Positions 10,737-20,857 of a DNA stretch of 64,000 nt are shown in pieces; the stretch's first letter is position 1, and each line of letters opens with the position of its first letter. Below the pieces are notes generated by a model that did no database searches, was not told the origin of the DNA, and worked only from the letters and a program-made list of their open reading frames with translations. Where the stretch lies: NCBI GenBank assembly GCA_965205865.1, contig CBDBHR010000025.1, positions 207,860 through 271,859 of the forward strand, given 5' to 3'. The position numbers were made by a program, and so were the translations under genes. This stretch comes from a bacterium (GTDB lineage Bacteria; SAR324; NAC60-12).

Positions 10737-13700
10737 ATGACCACCATCACCGAATCCGATGTTGAACAGAGCGCGCTGGGCTGGCTCGAAAGACTGGGCT
10801 GGAGGGTTGTTCGGGGAGGCGACATCGCCCCCGGCACCGTCAATGCGGAACGTTTCGACTATGGGCAGGTGGTGCTGGAAAGACGTCTGCGCGATGCGCT
10901 TGCACGGCTCAACCCGGATCTTCCCGCCGTAGGGTTGGACGATGCCTTCCGCAGGCTGACTCGCGCGGAGGGAGCGACGCTCGAAATCCGCAACCGCGCG
11001 TTCCACCGCATGATCGTGGATGGGATAACGGTCGAACACCGCGTCGACAACGGAAGAATCCGGGGTGCGCAAGCCCGCGTGATTGACTTCGACAGTCCCG
11101 CCAACAACGATTGGCTGGCGGTCAAGCAGTTCACCGTAGTCGAGAACAAGCATGAACGGCGTCCCGACCTGGCGCTGTTCGTCAACGGCTTGCCCCTGTG
11201 CTTGATTGAACTGAAGAACCCGGCAGACGAGGAAGCGACGATTTGGACTGCCTGGCAGCAACTCCGGACCTACAAAGCCGAGTTGCCGTCGCTGTTTGCC
11301 ATGAATGCGGCCCTGATGGTCTCGGACGGTATGGAAGCGCGGGTCGGCACGTTGACTTGCGGACGGGAGTGGTTCAAACCCTGGCGTACCATATCGGGTG
11401 AGACGCTGGCTGATGCTCACCTGCCCCAATTGCAGGTGATGCTGGAAGGTATTTGCGAGCCGCGCCGGTTCCTTTCACTGGTTCGTGATTTTATCGTATT
11501 CGACGACGATAGCAGCGGCATGCTGGTCAAAAAGATGGCAGGCTACCACCAGTTTCATGCAGTCGAGGTGGCGGTCGCCGAGACCCTGCGCGCCACCGAG
11601 TTGCAACAAGAGATCGAGCAGGTCTCTGATATAGGCCGCTATAAATCGGGTCGTCAACCTGGAGGCGCGCCTGGCGACCGGCGCATCGGCGTAGTCTGGC
11701 ACACCCAGGGTTCGGGCAAGAGCCTGACCATGGCCTTTTATGCCGGGCGCATCATCCGCGAGCCGGCGATGGCCAACCCGACCGTGGTCGTGCTCACCGA
11801 CCGCAATGACCTGGACGACCAGCTCTTCGGCACCTTCGCCCGTTGTCGTGACTTGCTTCGCCAACCACCGGTACAGGCCGAAAACCGGGCCGACTTACGC
11901 GACAGACTGGCGGTCGTATCGGGCGGCGTGATTTTCACCACCATCCAGAAGTTCTTCCCCGAGGAGAAGGGAGACCGGCATTCCATGCTCTCGAAACGGC
12001 GCAACATCGTGGTCATCGCGGACGAAGCGCACCGCAGTCAATACGACTTCATAGACGGATACGCGCGCCACATGCGAGATGCCCTGCCCAATGCCTCCTT
12101 CGTCGGCTTCACCGGTACTCCGATTGAACTTCTGGACGCCAACACCCGCGCCGTATTCGGTGATTACATCAGCATTTACGACGTCCAACGCGCCGTCGAG
12201 GACAAGGCGACGGTTCCGATCTATTACGAGAGCCGGCTGGCCAGGTTGACACTGGACGAAGATGAGAAAGCGAGCATCGACCCCGAGTTCGAGGAGGCCA
12301 CCGAGGGTGAGGAGATCGAGCGCAAAGAGAAGCTCAAGACCAAGTGGGCGCAACTCGAAGCAATCGTCGGCGCAGAAACGCGGCTCAAGCTGGTTGCCGG
12401 GGACATCGTCACTCATTTCGAACAACGCCTGGAAGCCCTTGAAGGCAAGGCGATGGTCGTCTGTATGAGCCGTCGCATCTGCGTCGATCTCTATGGCGAA
12501 CTGGTGCGATTGCGCCCTGACTGGCACAAGGAAAACGACGACAGCGGAAAAATCAAGGTGGTGATGACCGGCTCCGCATCAGACCCATCCGGCTGGCAAG
12601 CGCATATCCGCAACAAACTCCGGCGCGAGGCTTTGGCGAATCGATTCCGTGACAACGACGATCCACTCCGTATCGTGCTGGTGCGTGACATGTGGCTGAC
12701 CGGGTTTGACGCGCCGAGCCTGCACACCATGTATATCGACAAACCGATGCGCGGTCACGGGTTGATGCAGGCAATCGCCCGCGTCAATCGCGTGTTCAGG
12801 GACAAGCCAGGTGGGCTCGTGGTGGATTACCTCGGCCTTGCTCATGAATTAAAACGCGCGCTGGCGACCTACACCGAAAGCGGCGGCATAGGACGCACCG
12901 CGGTCGACCAGACAGAAGCGGTGATGGTGATGCTTGAAAAATACGAGATCTGTTGCGGCCTGTTCCACGGATTCGACCGCTCCGGGTGGATTACCGGTAC
13001 GCCGGCGGATCGGTTGAGCCTGCTGCCGGGTGCGCAGGAACACGTCCTGAAACAAGAAAACGGCAAGGACCGTTACCTGCATTCGGTACGTAATCTCTCT
13101 CAAGCCTTTGCGCTTGCCGTGCCGCATGAAGACGCGCTGCGCATCCGCAACGAGGTGGACTTCTTTCAGACCGTCCGGTCGGTGCTGTCCAAGCGAGCCA
13201 CAGGCGATGTACGGCCGGAAGAAGAACTCGACCACGTGGTACGCCAGATCATCTCGCGCGCTGTGGCGTCGGAGGGGGTGATCGACGTCTTTGCCGCAGC
13301 CGGATTGCAAAAGCCGGATATCGCGATACTGTCCGACGACTTCCTGGCCGAAGTGCAGGGCATCCCCCAGCGCAACCTCGCCGTGGAACTGTTGCAAAAA
13401 CTGCTGAAGGGTGAACTTGCTACCCGCCGCCGCAAAAACGTGGTGCAGGCGCGCTCTTTCGCGGAAATGTTGGAACAGACGCTCCGCCGCTATCAGAATC
13501 GCACGGTCGAGGCGGCCCAGGTCATCGAGGAACTGATTCACCTCGCAAAGGATATGCGCGAAGCCAACCAGCGAGGCGAGAAACTGGGTCTCGCGGAGGA
13601 CGAACTGGCCTTCTACGACGCCTTGGAGAGCAACGATAGCGCCGTCCGGGTGCTTGGCGACGAGATCCTGCGGACGATCGCGCGCGAACTGGTCGAGACC

Positions 13701-13880
13701 GTACGCAGCAACGTGACCATCGACTGGACCATGCGCGAAAACGTGCGCGCGAATCTTCGCGTGTTGGTCAAACGCACTTTACGCAAGCACGACTACCCAC
13801 CGGATAAGCAGGAAAAGGCGACGCGGACCGTCCTGGAACAGGCGGAGGTTCTCTCCGGAGGGTGGGCTCTCTCGGGATGA
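10737..13880 (+). CDS. hsdR: Type I restriction endonuclease subunit R
   Basis: Nuclease motif [19 protein letters not shown]; helicase motifs [26 protein letters not shown] and MQAIARVNR. Confidence 0.97.
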   Translation: MTTITESDVEQSALGWLERLGWRVVRGGDIAPGTVNAERFDYGQVVLERRLRDALARLNPDLPAVGLDDAFRRLTRAEGATLEIRNRAFHRMIVDGITVEHRVDNGRIRGAQARVIDFDSPANNDWLAVKQFTVVENKHERRPDLALFVNGLPLCLIELKNPADEEATIWTAWQQLRTYKAELPSLFAMNAALMVSDGMEARVGTLTCGREWFKPWRTISGETLADAHLPQLQVMLEGICEPRRFLSLVRDFIVFDDDSSGMLVKKMAGYHQFHAVEVAVAETLRATELQQEIEQVSDIGRYKSGRQPGGAPGDRRIGVVWHTQGSGKSLTMAFYAGRIIREPAMANPTVVVLTDRNDLDDQLFGTFARCRDLLRQPPVQAENRADLRDRLAVVSGGVIFTTIQKFFPEEKGDRHSMLSKRRNIVVIADEAHRSQYDFIDGYARHMRDALPNASFVGFTGTPIELLDANTRAVFGDYISIYDVQRAVEDKATVPIYYESRLARLTLDEDEKASIDPEFEEATEGEEIERKEKLKTKWAQLEAIVGAETRLKLVAGDIVTHFEQRLEALEGKAMVVCMSRRICVDLYGELVRLRPDWHKENDDSGKIKVVMTGSASDPSGWQAHIRNKLRREALANRFRDNDDPLRIVLVRDMWLTGFDAPSLHTMYIDKPMRGHGLMQAIARVNRVFRDKPGGLVVDYLGLAHELKRALATYTESGGIGRTAVDQTEAVMVMLEKYEICCGLFHGFDRSGWITGTPADRLSLLPGAQEHVLKQENGKDRYLHSVRNLSQAFALAVPHEDALRIRNEVDFFQTVRSVLSKRATGDVRPEEELDHVVRQIISRAVASEGVIDVFAAAGLQKPDIAILSDDFLAEVQGIPQRNLAVELLQKLLKGELATRRRKNVVQARSFAEMLEQTLRRYQNRTVEAAQVIEELIHLAKDMREANQRGEKLGLAEDELAFYDALESNDSAVRVLGDEILRTIARELVETVRSNVTIDWTMRENVRANLRVLVKRTLRKHDYPPDKQEKATRTVLEQAEVLSGGWALSG

Positions 13881-13958
13881 CAAAGGATTTATGGAAAACA
13901 AGTTGACTATTCAAGAAACGTCAAACAAATTTATTGGTTTCAAGCTCATCGACAAGAA

Positions 13959-14480
13959 TCACAGCCTCATATAAGTTTCTGTCACTTTAAATTTCTCTTC
14001 GTTTATTATGCCTGTGTAGGTTAATTGAATTCCATTGTCGATCAACTTGTATATTGCGTTTTCTACTTTTGCCCCTCCACTGATAGAAGGAGGTGGTAAA
14101 CAACCTTTTTCCCGAAGGTCGACGCTGATTACCTCGCCATTTTCATCGAGTGTAATTTCAACAATATCGTTAGAAGAGCAGTCAATTACAAAAGACTCCT
14201 CTAGAAAAAGTATGTTCGCCATCCCTCCCGATGTTGCGGAATATTTTCCCTTTCCCAGCCATTTAAAAGTAACATGTAAATCCCCCTGGATTGTTGGGGC
14301 TATCGTTCCTATTTCATTGTTCTCGAGAACAAATGCCGACAGCCTGTATTTTCCGTCAGGGATCAATTGTTTCTCAGCAGGTACCGGTTCGGAATCGCCT
14401 CCCCCGCCTCCTGCACAGGAAAACAAAAATAACGCAAGAGCAACCAATCCTAAGTTCCTTAATTTTTCAAGTCTTTTCAT
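13959..14480 (-). CDS. Hypothetical lipoprotein
   Basis: Basic N-terminus, hydrophobic stretch, lipobox LFSC followed by a Gly linker; RBS AAGGAG. Confidence 0.75.
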   Translation of the reverse strand: MKRLEKLRNLGLVALALFLFSCAGGGGGDSEPVPAEKQLIPDGKYRLSAFVLENNEIGTIAPTIQGDLHVTFKWLGKGKYSATSGGMANILFLEESFVIDCSSNDIVEITLDENGEVISVDLREKGCLPPPSISGGAKVENAIYKLIDNGIQLTYTGIINEEKFKVTETYMRL

Positions 14481-14507
14481 AACGCATACTCCTTTTATTC
14501 ATGAAAT

Positions 14508-14651
14508 GTAACTATTCAGGTGCGAAAACACTGGGCTAGAGGTCGACAGAACCTCTATATTGCGTCAAAATACATCAAAAGTGGATGATTTAGTGCGCTT
14601 TTTCAAAGGGAAATGCCCGCAAGCCCAGGAAACCCGCACCTGAATAGTTAC
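14508..14651. mobile_element. 144-bp MITE with IS66-type ends
   Basis: Perfect 17-bp terminal IR GTAACTATTCAGGTGCG/CGCACCTGAATAGTTAC and 8-bp TSD CATGAAAT (14500-14507, 14652-14659). The same terminus precedes the IS66 transposase remnant at 49315. Confidence 0.9.
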
Positions 14652-14793
14652 CATGAAATTATAAATCTACTGATTTTTAGACACGACCAGTGCTCTTTAA
14701 CCACTGAAATTCCACAGACATATGACCTTTGCAAAAAATTATGCAATGGCTTGAAGGGCTGATTCTATCAAAGTTCGTTTACATATCAAATAC

Positions 14794-16203
14794 TCAATGC
14801 TCAAGAGATTTTTTCAATCTGCGCAGCATTGCATCAATCGTGGTGAATTTTTCACGGGGCTTTCCTTTTGACGATCCTGCTTCGATTTCGGCATTGTCTA
14901 TTTTTTTCCAGTCTGCAAAGGACACCCAGGCAATATTTTTTGATTGTAGCCATGCTTGGACTGCTTCAGGTTTAAGCGCCTCGGTTGCTTCCGCCTTGCG
15001 ATCCTCGTAGTCCACTAACAATGCCCGGACTGTCTCACCGGCATCAGGCTTATTGGTGCCAATCACCCCGGAAGGCCCACGTTTTGCCCAGCCTACCACA
15101 TACTCGCGTGGCCTCACGGAATTGCTTTCCGCATCCGTCACTCGCCCCTCCCGATTGGGGATGACGCCCTTTCGTTCATCAAAAGGCACCCCCTGGAGAG
15201 GCACTCCTTGATAGCCGATGGAACGAAAAACCAGGTCCACTGACATTTCTTTGAATTCATCCACCGGTCTGGCTTTGATGCGGCCTCCTTCATCCTGGAG
15301 CAATTCGTTTTTAACCAATTTGATACCGGAAACCCGTCCATCTCGTTCAAAAAGCTCCACCGGTGAGTATTGGAACATCAAGTATAATTGACGGGGTTTT
15401 TCCTTGCCGGTAAATTCAGCCATCTTACGCATGATTTCAATATTGCGTACGACGTCTTTGCGCTTGGTGGTCTGTAAGACATTCTCACTGGCCGGGTCCA
15501 ATTTCAGTACTTCGGGGTCCACTAAAGTCACGGTTTGTTCCAATTCCAGCAATTCCCGCGCTTCCGGAGGCGTGAATGCGGCCTGAACGGGACCGCGGCG
15601 GGCGATCATGTAGATTTTCCGCACTTGACTTTGTTTCAATGCTTCCTGCGCATAATCGGCCATGTCCGTATGTGCCAACTCTGCCGGGGTCTTTGCCAGG
15701 ATGCGGGCGACATCAACAGCCACGTTCCCCATTCCGATCACGGCAACACTGTCCACCGACAAATCGAAAGTCCTGTCCTGGTAATCAGGATGTCCGTTGT
15801 ACCAGCCCACGAACTCCGTTGCCGAATAGCTGCCAATCAATTCTTCTCCCGCAATGCCCATTTGGCGGTCCGATTGCGATCCCACTGCATAGATCAGGCT
15901 GTCATAACGTTGCAGAAGTTCTTCCCGGCTGATGTCTTTCCCAAAGGTCACGTTGCCCCAAAATCGAAATTGGGACCGCAATGCGGTTCTTTCGTAAATC
16001 CTGATCACGTTCTTGATTTTCTGATGATCCGGCGCCACTCCTCCCCGCACCAGGCCATAGGGGGTGGGCAGTCGTTCGAACATGTCCACGTCAATATGCG
16101 CGTCCTGCTTCAACAAATCAGCAACTGCATAAAAGGCGGCGGGTCCTGAGCCGATGATGGCGACCCGCAACGGGCGTTGTTCGCTTCCAATGGCAAATTG
16201 CAT
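14794..16203 (-). CDS. Ferredoxin--NADP+ reductase (FprA/adrenodoxin reductase type)
   Basis: VAIIGSGPAAFY, GLVRGGVAPDH, FVGWYNGHP, GMGNVAVDVAR and GWAKRGPSGVIGTNK. Confidence 0.92.
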   Translation of the reverse strand: MQFAIGSEQRPLRVAIIGSGPAAFYAVADLLKQDAHIDVDMFERLPTPYGLVRGGVAPDHQKIKNVIRIYERTALRSQFRFWGNVTFGKDISREELLQRYDSLIYAVGSQSDRQMGIAGEELIGSYSATEFVGWYNGHPDYQDRTFDLSVDSVAVIGMGNVAVDVARILAKTPAELAHTDMADYAQEALKQSQVRKIYMIARRGPVQAAFTPPEARELLELEQTVTLVDPEVLKLDPASENVLQTTKRKDVVRNIEIMRKMAEFTGKEKPRQLYLMFQYSPVELFERDGRVSGIKLVKNELLQDEGGRIKARPVDEFKEMSVDLVFRSIGYQGVPLQGVPFDERKGVIPNREGRVTDAESNSVRPREYVVGWAKRGPSGVIGTNKPDAGETVRALLVDYEDRKAEATEALKPEAVQAWLQSKNIAWVSFADWKKIDNAEIEAGSSKGKPREKFTTIDAMLRRLKKSLEH

Positions 16204-16288
16204 CGCATGTTTCCATTTGCTGATTGAAGGGCTGGAGAAAATCCCTCTTGGGAGCGGCGAGGGTGGGACGAAACGGAACGGAAGCTTC

Positions 16289-17071
16289 TCAAATTTCCAT
16301 GCAGCTTTCCACCAATCCCGTCAAATAATGTTGATATCCTTGCGACCCTTTTTCCTGCCAGTTTCGCAACAGTGCCGATCCCACAATGGCGATTTCCACT
16401 TTCCCCTGAAGCTGCCGGATGTCATCAGCGCTCGAGAGTCCGAATCCCAGCGCCAGTGGCAAGCCAGACACTTTGCGACAACGACCGATAAAAGACTCGA
16501 GGGAGTGATCCAGATGGGTCAAAGTTCCCGTGACTCCCTTACGAGCGACACAATACAAGAAAGCGGAGCCATGAGCGGCGATTTCGCTCAGGCGTTCTGC
16601 AGTATTGGTCGGTGCGCAAAGCAGGATGGGAGAAAGACCGGATTCCTTGCTGTATTGAAACAAATCCCCAAATTCCTGCACAGGCAGGTCTGGTAAAATA
16701 AAACCACCTGCGGCGCAGGCGCGCAATTCATGGCAGAATGCCTGATGTCCCATCACAAACACGGGGTTGTAATAGCTCATCATCAGAATGGGGAAGTCAA
16801 AGGCCCGAGTGGCTTTTTTCATGAAATCAAAATAATCATCGCGACGTACCCCATTTTTTAAAGCTTGCTGATTGGCTCTGACGAAAATCGGACCGTCGGC
16901 GGTAGGTTCCGTGAATGGAAACTGAAGCTCGACCAGGTCCACCCCGGCCTTTTGCATGATTTCCAGCATGGTCCAGTTGTCCTCCAGGGAAGGATATCCC
17001 ACAATCGCATGGGTCATCAGCAAAATGTTCTTCTGTTGCAATCGTTCTTGAATATAACGGCTAAGGTTCAT
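16289..17071 (-). CDS. trpA: Tryptophan synthase alpha subunit
   Basis: ELQFPFTEPTADGP, MSYYNP, GVTG and LGFGLS motifs; overlaps trpB. Confidence 0.96.
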   Translation of the reverse strand: MNLSRYIQERLQQKNILLMTHAIVGYPSLEDNWTMLEIMQKAGVDLVELQFPFTEPTADGPIFVRANQQALKNGVRRDDYFDFMKKATRAFDFPILMMSYYNPVFVMGHQAFCHELRACAAGGFILPDLPVQEFGDLFQYSKESGLSPILLCAPTNTAERLSEIAAHGSAFLYCVARKGVTGTLTHLDHSLESFIGRCRKVSGLPLALGFGLSSADDIRQLQGKVEIAIVGSALLRNWQEKGSQGYQHYLTGLVESCMEI

Positions 17072-18306
17072 AGACGCTGAGCTTTCTGTTTAATAAACTG
17101 ATTCCATTTTTCATCACCAATGGCCTCGGCGATGTTGAAGATGTCTTTGTCTCCCCGGCCCGAGAGATTCACTAGGATGATTTCATTCGCTCCCATTTGG
17201 GGCGCTTCCCGGATGACGCCTGCGAGAGCATGACTGCTCTCCAGTGCCGGAATAATGCCTTCCTGGCGGATCAGCATCTTGGCCGCTTCAATGATTTCTT
17301 CATCCACGGCGCTTTCAAAGCGAATCCGCCCCTGATCGTGCAGATAACTGAGAATCGGCCCCACGCCAATATAATCCAATCCGGCTGCAATCGAATGCGT
17401 TTCTTTCATTTGCCCTTCATCATCCTGCAGAAAATAGGTTTTGTATCCTTGGGCCACACCAACGTGTCCACCCTGCAATCGAGATGCATGCAACCCGGTT
17501 GCAATGCCTTTTCCCCCTGCTTCCACCCCAATCAATTCTATGCGGGGCTCATCGATGAAGGGCAGAAACATTCCACTCGCATTCGAGCCACCTCCCACGC
17601 ATGCATAGATGCGGTCCGGCAGTCGCCCGGTCAATTTCAGCATTTGCTCATAGCTTTCCTGTCCGATGATGGATTGAAAATAAGTCACCATTTGAGGAAA
17701 GGGGTGAGGGCCACAGACGGTTCCCATGACATAATGCGTGTTTGCCATGGAAGCTGCCCAATCGCGCATGGTTTCATTGATCGCGTCTTTCAACGTCGCA
17801 GTCCCGTCTGTCACCGAAACGACCTCGGCTCCCAGTTGTTCCATCCAAAACACGTTCGGCCGTTGCCGCTCCACATCAACCACTCCCATGTAAATTGCGC
17901 ATTCCAATCCAAATCGCGCAGCCATGGTTGCCGTGGCCACCCCGTGCTGTCCCGCACCGGTTTCCGCAATGACACGGGGTTTTCCCATCCTTTTCACCAG
18001 TAGTCCTTGTCCCATCACATTGTTCGCTTTGTGCGCTCCGGTGTGGTTCAAATCCTCGCGCTTGCAGAAAATTTGAGCGCCTCCCAGGGTTTTGGAAAGA
18101 TTTTCCAGCGGCGTGACAGGAGTGGGCCGACAGGAATAAGTCTGCATGACATCCAGATAACTTTGCCAAAATGAAGGATCCGCTTGCGCTTCTTGGAAAG
18201 CACTGGTCAATTCATCTATGGTCGTCTTCAAAATTTCAGGGACGAACGCCCCTCCGTAGGGGCCGTAATACCCGGGTGTTTCAAAGTCGAACAATTCCTT
18301 TAACAT
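17068..18306 (-). CDS. trpB: Tryptophan synthase beta subunit
   Basis: KREDLNHTGAHKANN, AETGAGQHG, CVGGGSNA and VNLSGRGDKD. Confidence 0.98.
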   Translation of the reverse strand: MLKELFDFETPGYYGPYGGAFVPEILKTTIDELTSAFQEAQADPSFWQSYLDVMQTYSCRPTPVTPLENLSKTLGGAQIFCKREDLNHTGAHKANNVMGQGLLVKRMGKPRVIAETGAGQHGVATATMAARFGLECAIYMGVVDVERQRPNVFWMEQLGAEVVSVTDGTATLKDAINETMRDWAASMANTHYVMGTVCGPHPFPQMVTYFQSIIGQESYEQMLKLTGRLPDRIYACVGGGSNASGMFLPFIDEPRIELIGVEAGGKGIATGLHASRLQGGHVGVAQGYKTYFLQDDEGQMKETHSIAAGLDYIGVGPILSYLHDQGRIRFESAVDEEIIEAAKMLIRQEGIIPALESSHALAGVIREAPQMGANEIILVNLSGRGDKDIFNIAEAIGDEKWNQFIKQKAQRL

Positions 18307-18620
18307 ATCCAAATCCTTTCACCTGTCTCAAAACAGTAATAATTTGATGAGCCGGTCACTCAACAGAAAGAAGGTTTTTAACAAAATCATCCGCTTTAGT
18401 CGAGTTGTAATAAACCGATAGGACGAACTAACAGATTGCGCAGACGCTGAAGAATCAGCAAATGTTGAAAAGCGCCGGTACGGACATTGACGGACGTCGT
18501 GTGGACTCGGCTTGATGACGTCGATATTGAAAATTGGTAAGTCCCGAATGGTACTAAGATAAGAAATAATCGTAATGATTACAAAGGTTTAATCATAACG
18601 TTGATTAGAGGTAGAATTTG

Positions 18621-18689
18621 GTAGGGCCGGGTTACGCCCCGGCCTCTGCAAGCCGTGTGTTTCTTGGCCGGGACGTAACCCGGCCCTAT
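18621..18689. repeat. GTAG-type REP doublet (hairpin)
   Basis: GTAGGGCCGGGTTACGCCCCGGCC ... GGCCGGGACGTAACCCGGCCCTAT inverted pair. Confidence 0.75.
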
Positions 18690-18704
18690 CGTTCTATTAA
18701 TTCA

Positions 18705-18921
18705 ACCTGAGTTCGACATAAATCTTCAATAATATGAGTATCCTGGTGTATATGTCATCCTCGCGAAAGCGGGGATCCGGATTTCGGTCTGGCTGCATAC
18801 CTCGATTCCTGCTCCCTGCTTTCGCAGGGACAATCGCAGGGACAAGCTTCGCAGGAATGACAAATTTCTCTAAGATAGAAGATTCCATAACATATTGAAT
18901 TTATTAAATTCAGATCCAGGT
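18705..18921. mobile_element. ~220-bp MITE (IS982-like ends) carrying an internal palindromic repeat, copy 1
   Basis: Ends ACCTGAGTTCGACATAA.../...CCAGGT, flanked by direct repeat TAATTCA. Near-identical to 40600-40832. Confidence 0.85.
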
Positions 18922-19110
18922 TAATTCACTGTTATTATGATGTTTTCCCTTATCTTAGTGCCAGCAAGTCCCTGAAAAAAGTCCCGAGGAACTGATTGGT
19001 GAGATAGAGTCTGAGACCGGCGTGTTTCAAATGAACCGGCCGATTCTCAGAAATGCGCTTATCGAACGATTGGAATCCGGGATTAAAAAGAGAGGCAGTC
19101 CCAATCATTG

Positions 19111-19752
19111 TCAAGCTTGTCCGAGACGATTCATGAGGGAACGTTTGTAACCTTTTTGACGTGAATGGAAACGGTATCCGAAAATTACTCCCATCAGGCC
19201 CCCGCTGATATGACAAAATCTTGAAATGTTATCCGTCACGTATATCCCCAAATAAATTTCTCGTCCCAAATATAAGAAAAACACCAACAAGGCGGTCAAG
19301 GGGAGGTTCCCATTTTTCATTTCCGTCATCGAGAACAAGATGATCAGCATGAAGACGATACCACTCGCTCCTTTGAGCGCGGTCGACATCAGGAACATGT
19401 TCAATAACCCCGTCACGCAAGCAGTGATAAATATCCATTTCAGCAAATTTAAAGAACTGTAATTCTCCTCTACTTTTCCTCCCAACAAAAGAATGATCGA
19501 GAGATTCCCGAACAAATGAAACCAATCGGCATGACCGAGGATATGAGTGAAAATCGTTATATATGCGAGAGGATTATCCCCGTATGCGGTCCACGGTTTG
19601 ACCAGAAAATAATCTTCCCTCAAATAAGGTAAAATTTGCGCAGGAATGATGGAGATGATGTTGGGAGGCAACAACTGATGTGTCGTCAGAAATATGAACA
19701 ATATCAGAAAGGAGAAGAAAATAGTTGCAGGAGAATCCAATTGTAATCTCAT
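19111..19752 (-). CDS. Rhomboid family intramembrane serine protease
   Basis: HILGHADWFHLFGN, GASG catalytic Ser, conserved His in HISGG, multiple TM segments. Confidence 0.9.
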   Translation of the reverse strand: MRLQLDSPATIFFSFLILFIFLTTHQLLPPNIISIIPAQILPYLREDYFLVKPWTAYGDNPLAYITIFTHILGHADWFHLFGNLSIILLLGGKVEENYSSLNLLKWIFITACVTGLLNMFLMSTALKGASGIVFMLIILFSMTEMKNGNLPLTALLVFFLYLGREIYLGIYVTDNISRFCHISGGLMGVIFGYRFHSRQKGYKRSLMNRLGQA

Positions 19753-20155
19753 GTTTTACCTCTTCTTAGAAATTGAAGATAAAAATTTGGTTCTGTAGAG
19801 TTGTAGCAGGAATCAAGCCAAATCCATGAGGGCGGGCAGGATTGGTCTCATTTATGCTGCCGGGGAATGTCTGCTAAGGGGTGCGACTTCAGATGAGGTC
19901 AATGGTCTTTCCACGGCAGGAATTCATGGAGTTCCGCGATTGAAGACAACGGAAACATCCTTGTCGAGGCGCCCAACGTCAAGCAGGTGGAAAATGCGGT
20001 AAAGGAAAATCCGGCGATCTCATGATAAAGGCCGCCTGTCGACTCACGGTTGCTTCGGGCACTCGTAATTAATTTACGAATTCCCGCAGTCCGGTTTCCA
20101 TTCCACGGCCCCTGTGATTCTCAATTCCCGATGGGCGCCATAGTTTCTTTGATGC

Positions 20156-20593
20156 TCATCGAGTCAGGTGAAAAGCACGATCGAATGCTCTTTTTAAATA
20201 GTTGGCAGAACGCTCTCCCTGCAAGGTTGTGAGTTTTTTTCCGTCCGCAAAAAACATCAACGTCACACTGCCTACTCGATGAAATTGGGCAAAGGCTTTT
20301 CCCTCTTTGCTCGTCAAATCTACTATTCGAAAATGAATCTTTCCTTCATATTCGGATTTTAGAGAGTCGACCACTCTCTTCAATGCGCGGCAGCGTGGTC
20401 AATTGGGGTCGTGGATTTGCACCACCACGTTGACCCCCTGATCGATGATGGACAAATCCAATTCCCCCTTGCCGGGATTTGCCAGAATGATATAAGCGGC
20501 CGTTCCAGCAACAATTATCCCGATGGTGAGCATTATTTGCCACTGCAGGTTTTTTAGCTGCTTGCGAGTCGACATTCTTATTTGCTTTGCCAT
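20156..20593 (-). CDS. Membrane-anchored thioredoxin-like protein with in-frame TGA (UxxC), probable selenoprotein
   Basis: The two annotated ORFs are in frame across TGA 20399-20401, giving HDPN-U-PRC-RALKRVV. RBS GGAGGAG precedes ATG 20593; N-terminal TM helix. Confidence 0.85.
20361..20379 (-). promoter_or_regulatory. Putative bacterial SECIS hairpin
   Basis: AGAGAGU-GGUCG-ACUCUCU; the loop starts with G, 27 nt after the UGA. Confidence 0.7.
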
Positions 20594-20721
20594 AAACTCC
20601 TCCCAGGATATTGAAATCAAACTTCATTTATTCCCCCGAGGACGGGGAAGGAATCTTCAAGAATAAAATAGTCCACAACACTCATACATTCAAGAGGAAT
20701 TGTCCGATTCTTCTCAACATT

Positions 20722-20785
20722 GTATGGACAATTCAAGCGGGAATCGCTACAAAGTATGGACAATTCAAGCGGGAATCGCTACAAA
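20722..20785. repeat. Perfect 32-bp tandem duplication upstream of leuB
   Basis: GTATGGACAATTCAAGCGGGAATCGCTACAAA x2. Confidence 0.9.
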
Positions 20786-20857
20786 GATTCATTACTTTTC
20801 AATCTTGTCCCAATACATATTGCCGATATTTCGCAAAACCCTCAATCGGAGCAAACT

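Noticed and set aside
10605-13541. Long antisense ORFs opposite hsdR (and similar ones opposite trpB, infB, pnp and the permeases)
   Set aside because: Shadow ORFs from codon bias with no recognisable motifs.
18313-18620. trp attenuator leader peptide
   Set aside because: I found no short Trp-rich ORF with a terminator on the minus strand.
19800-20150. RNase P RNA or riboswitch in the long intergenic region
   Set aside because: No GAGGAAAGUCC or other recognisable conserved motif on either strand; more likely decayed coding sequence.
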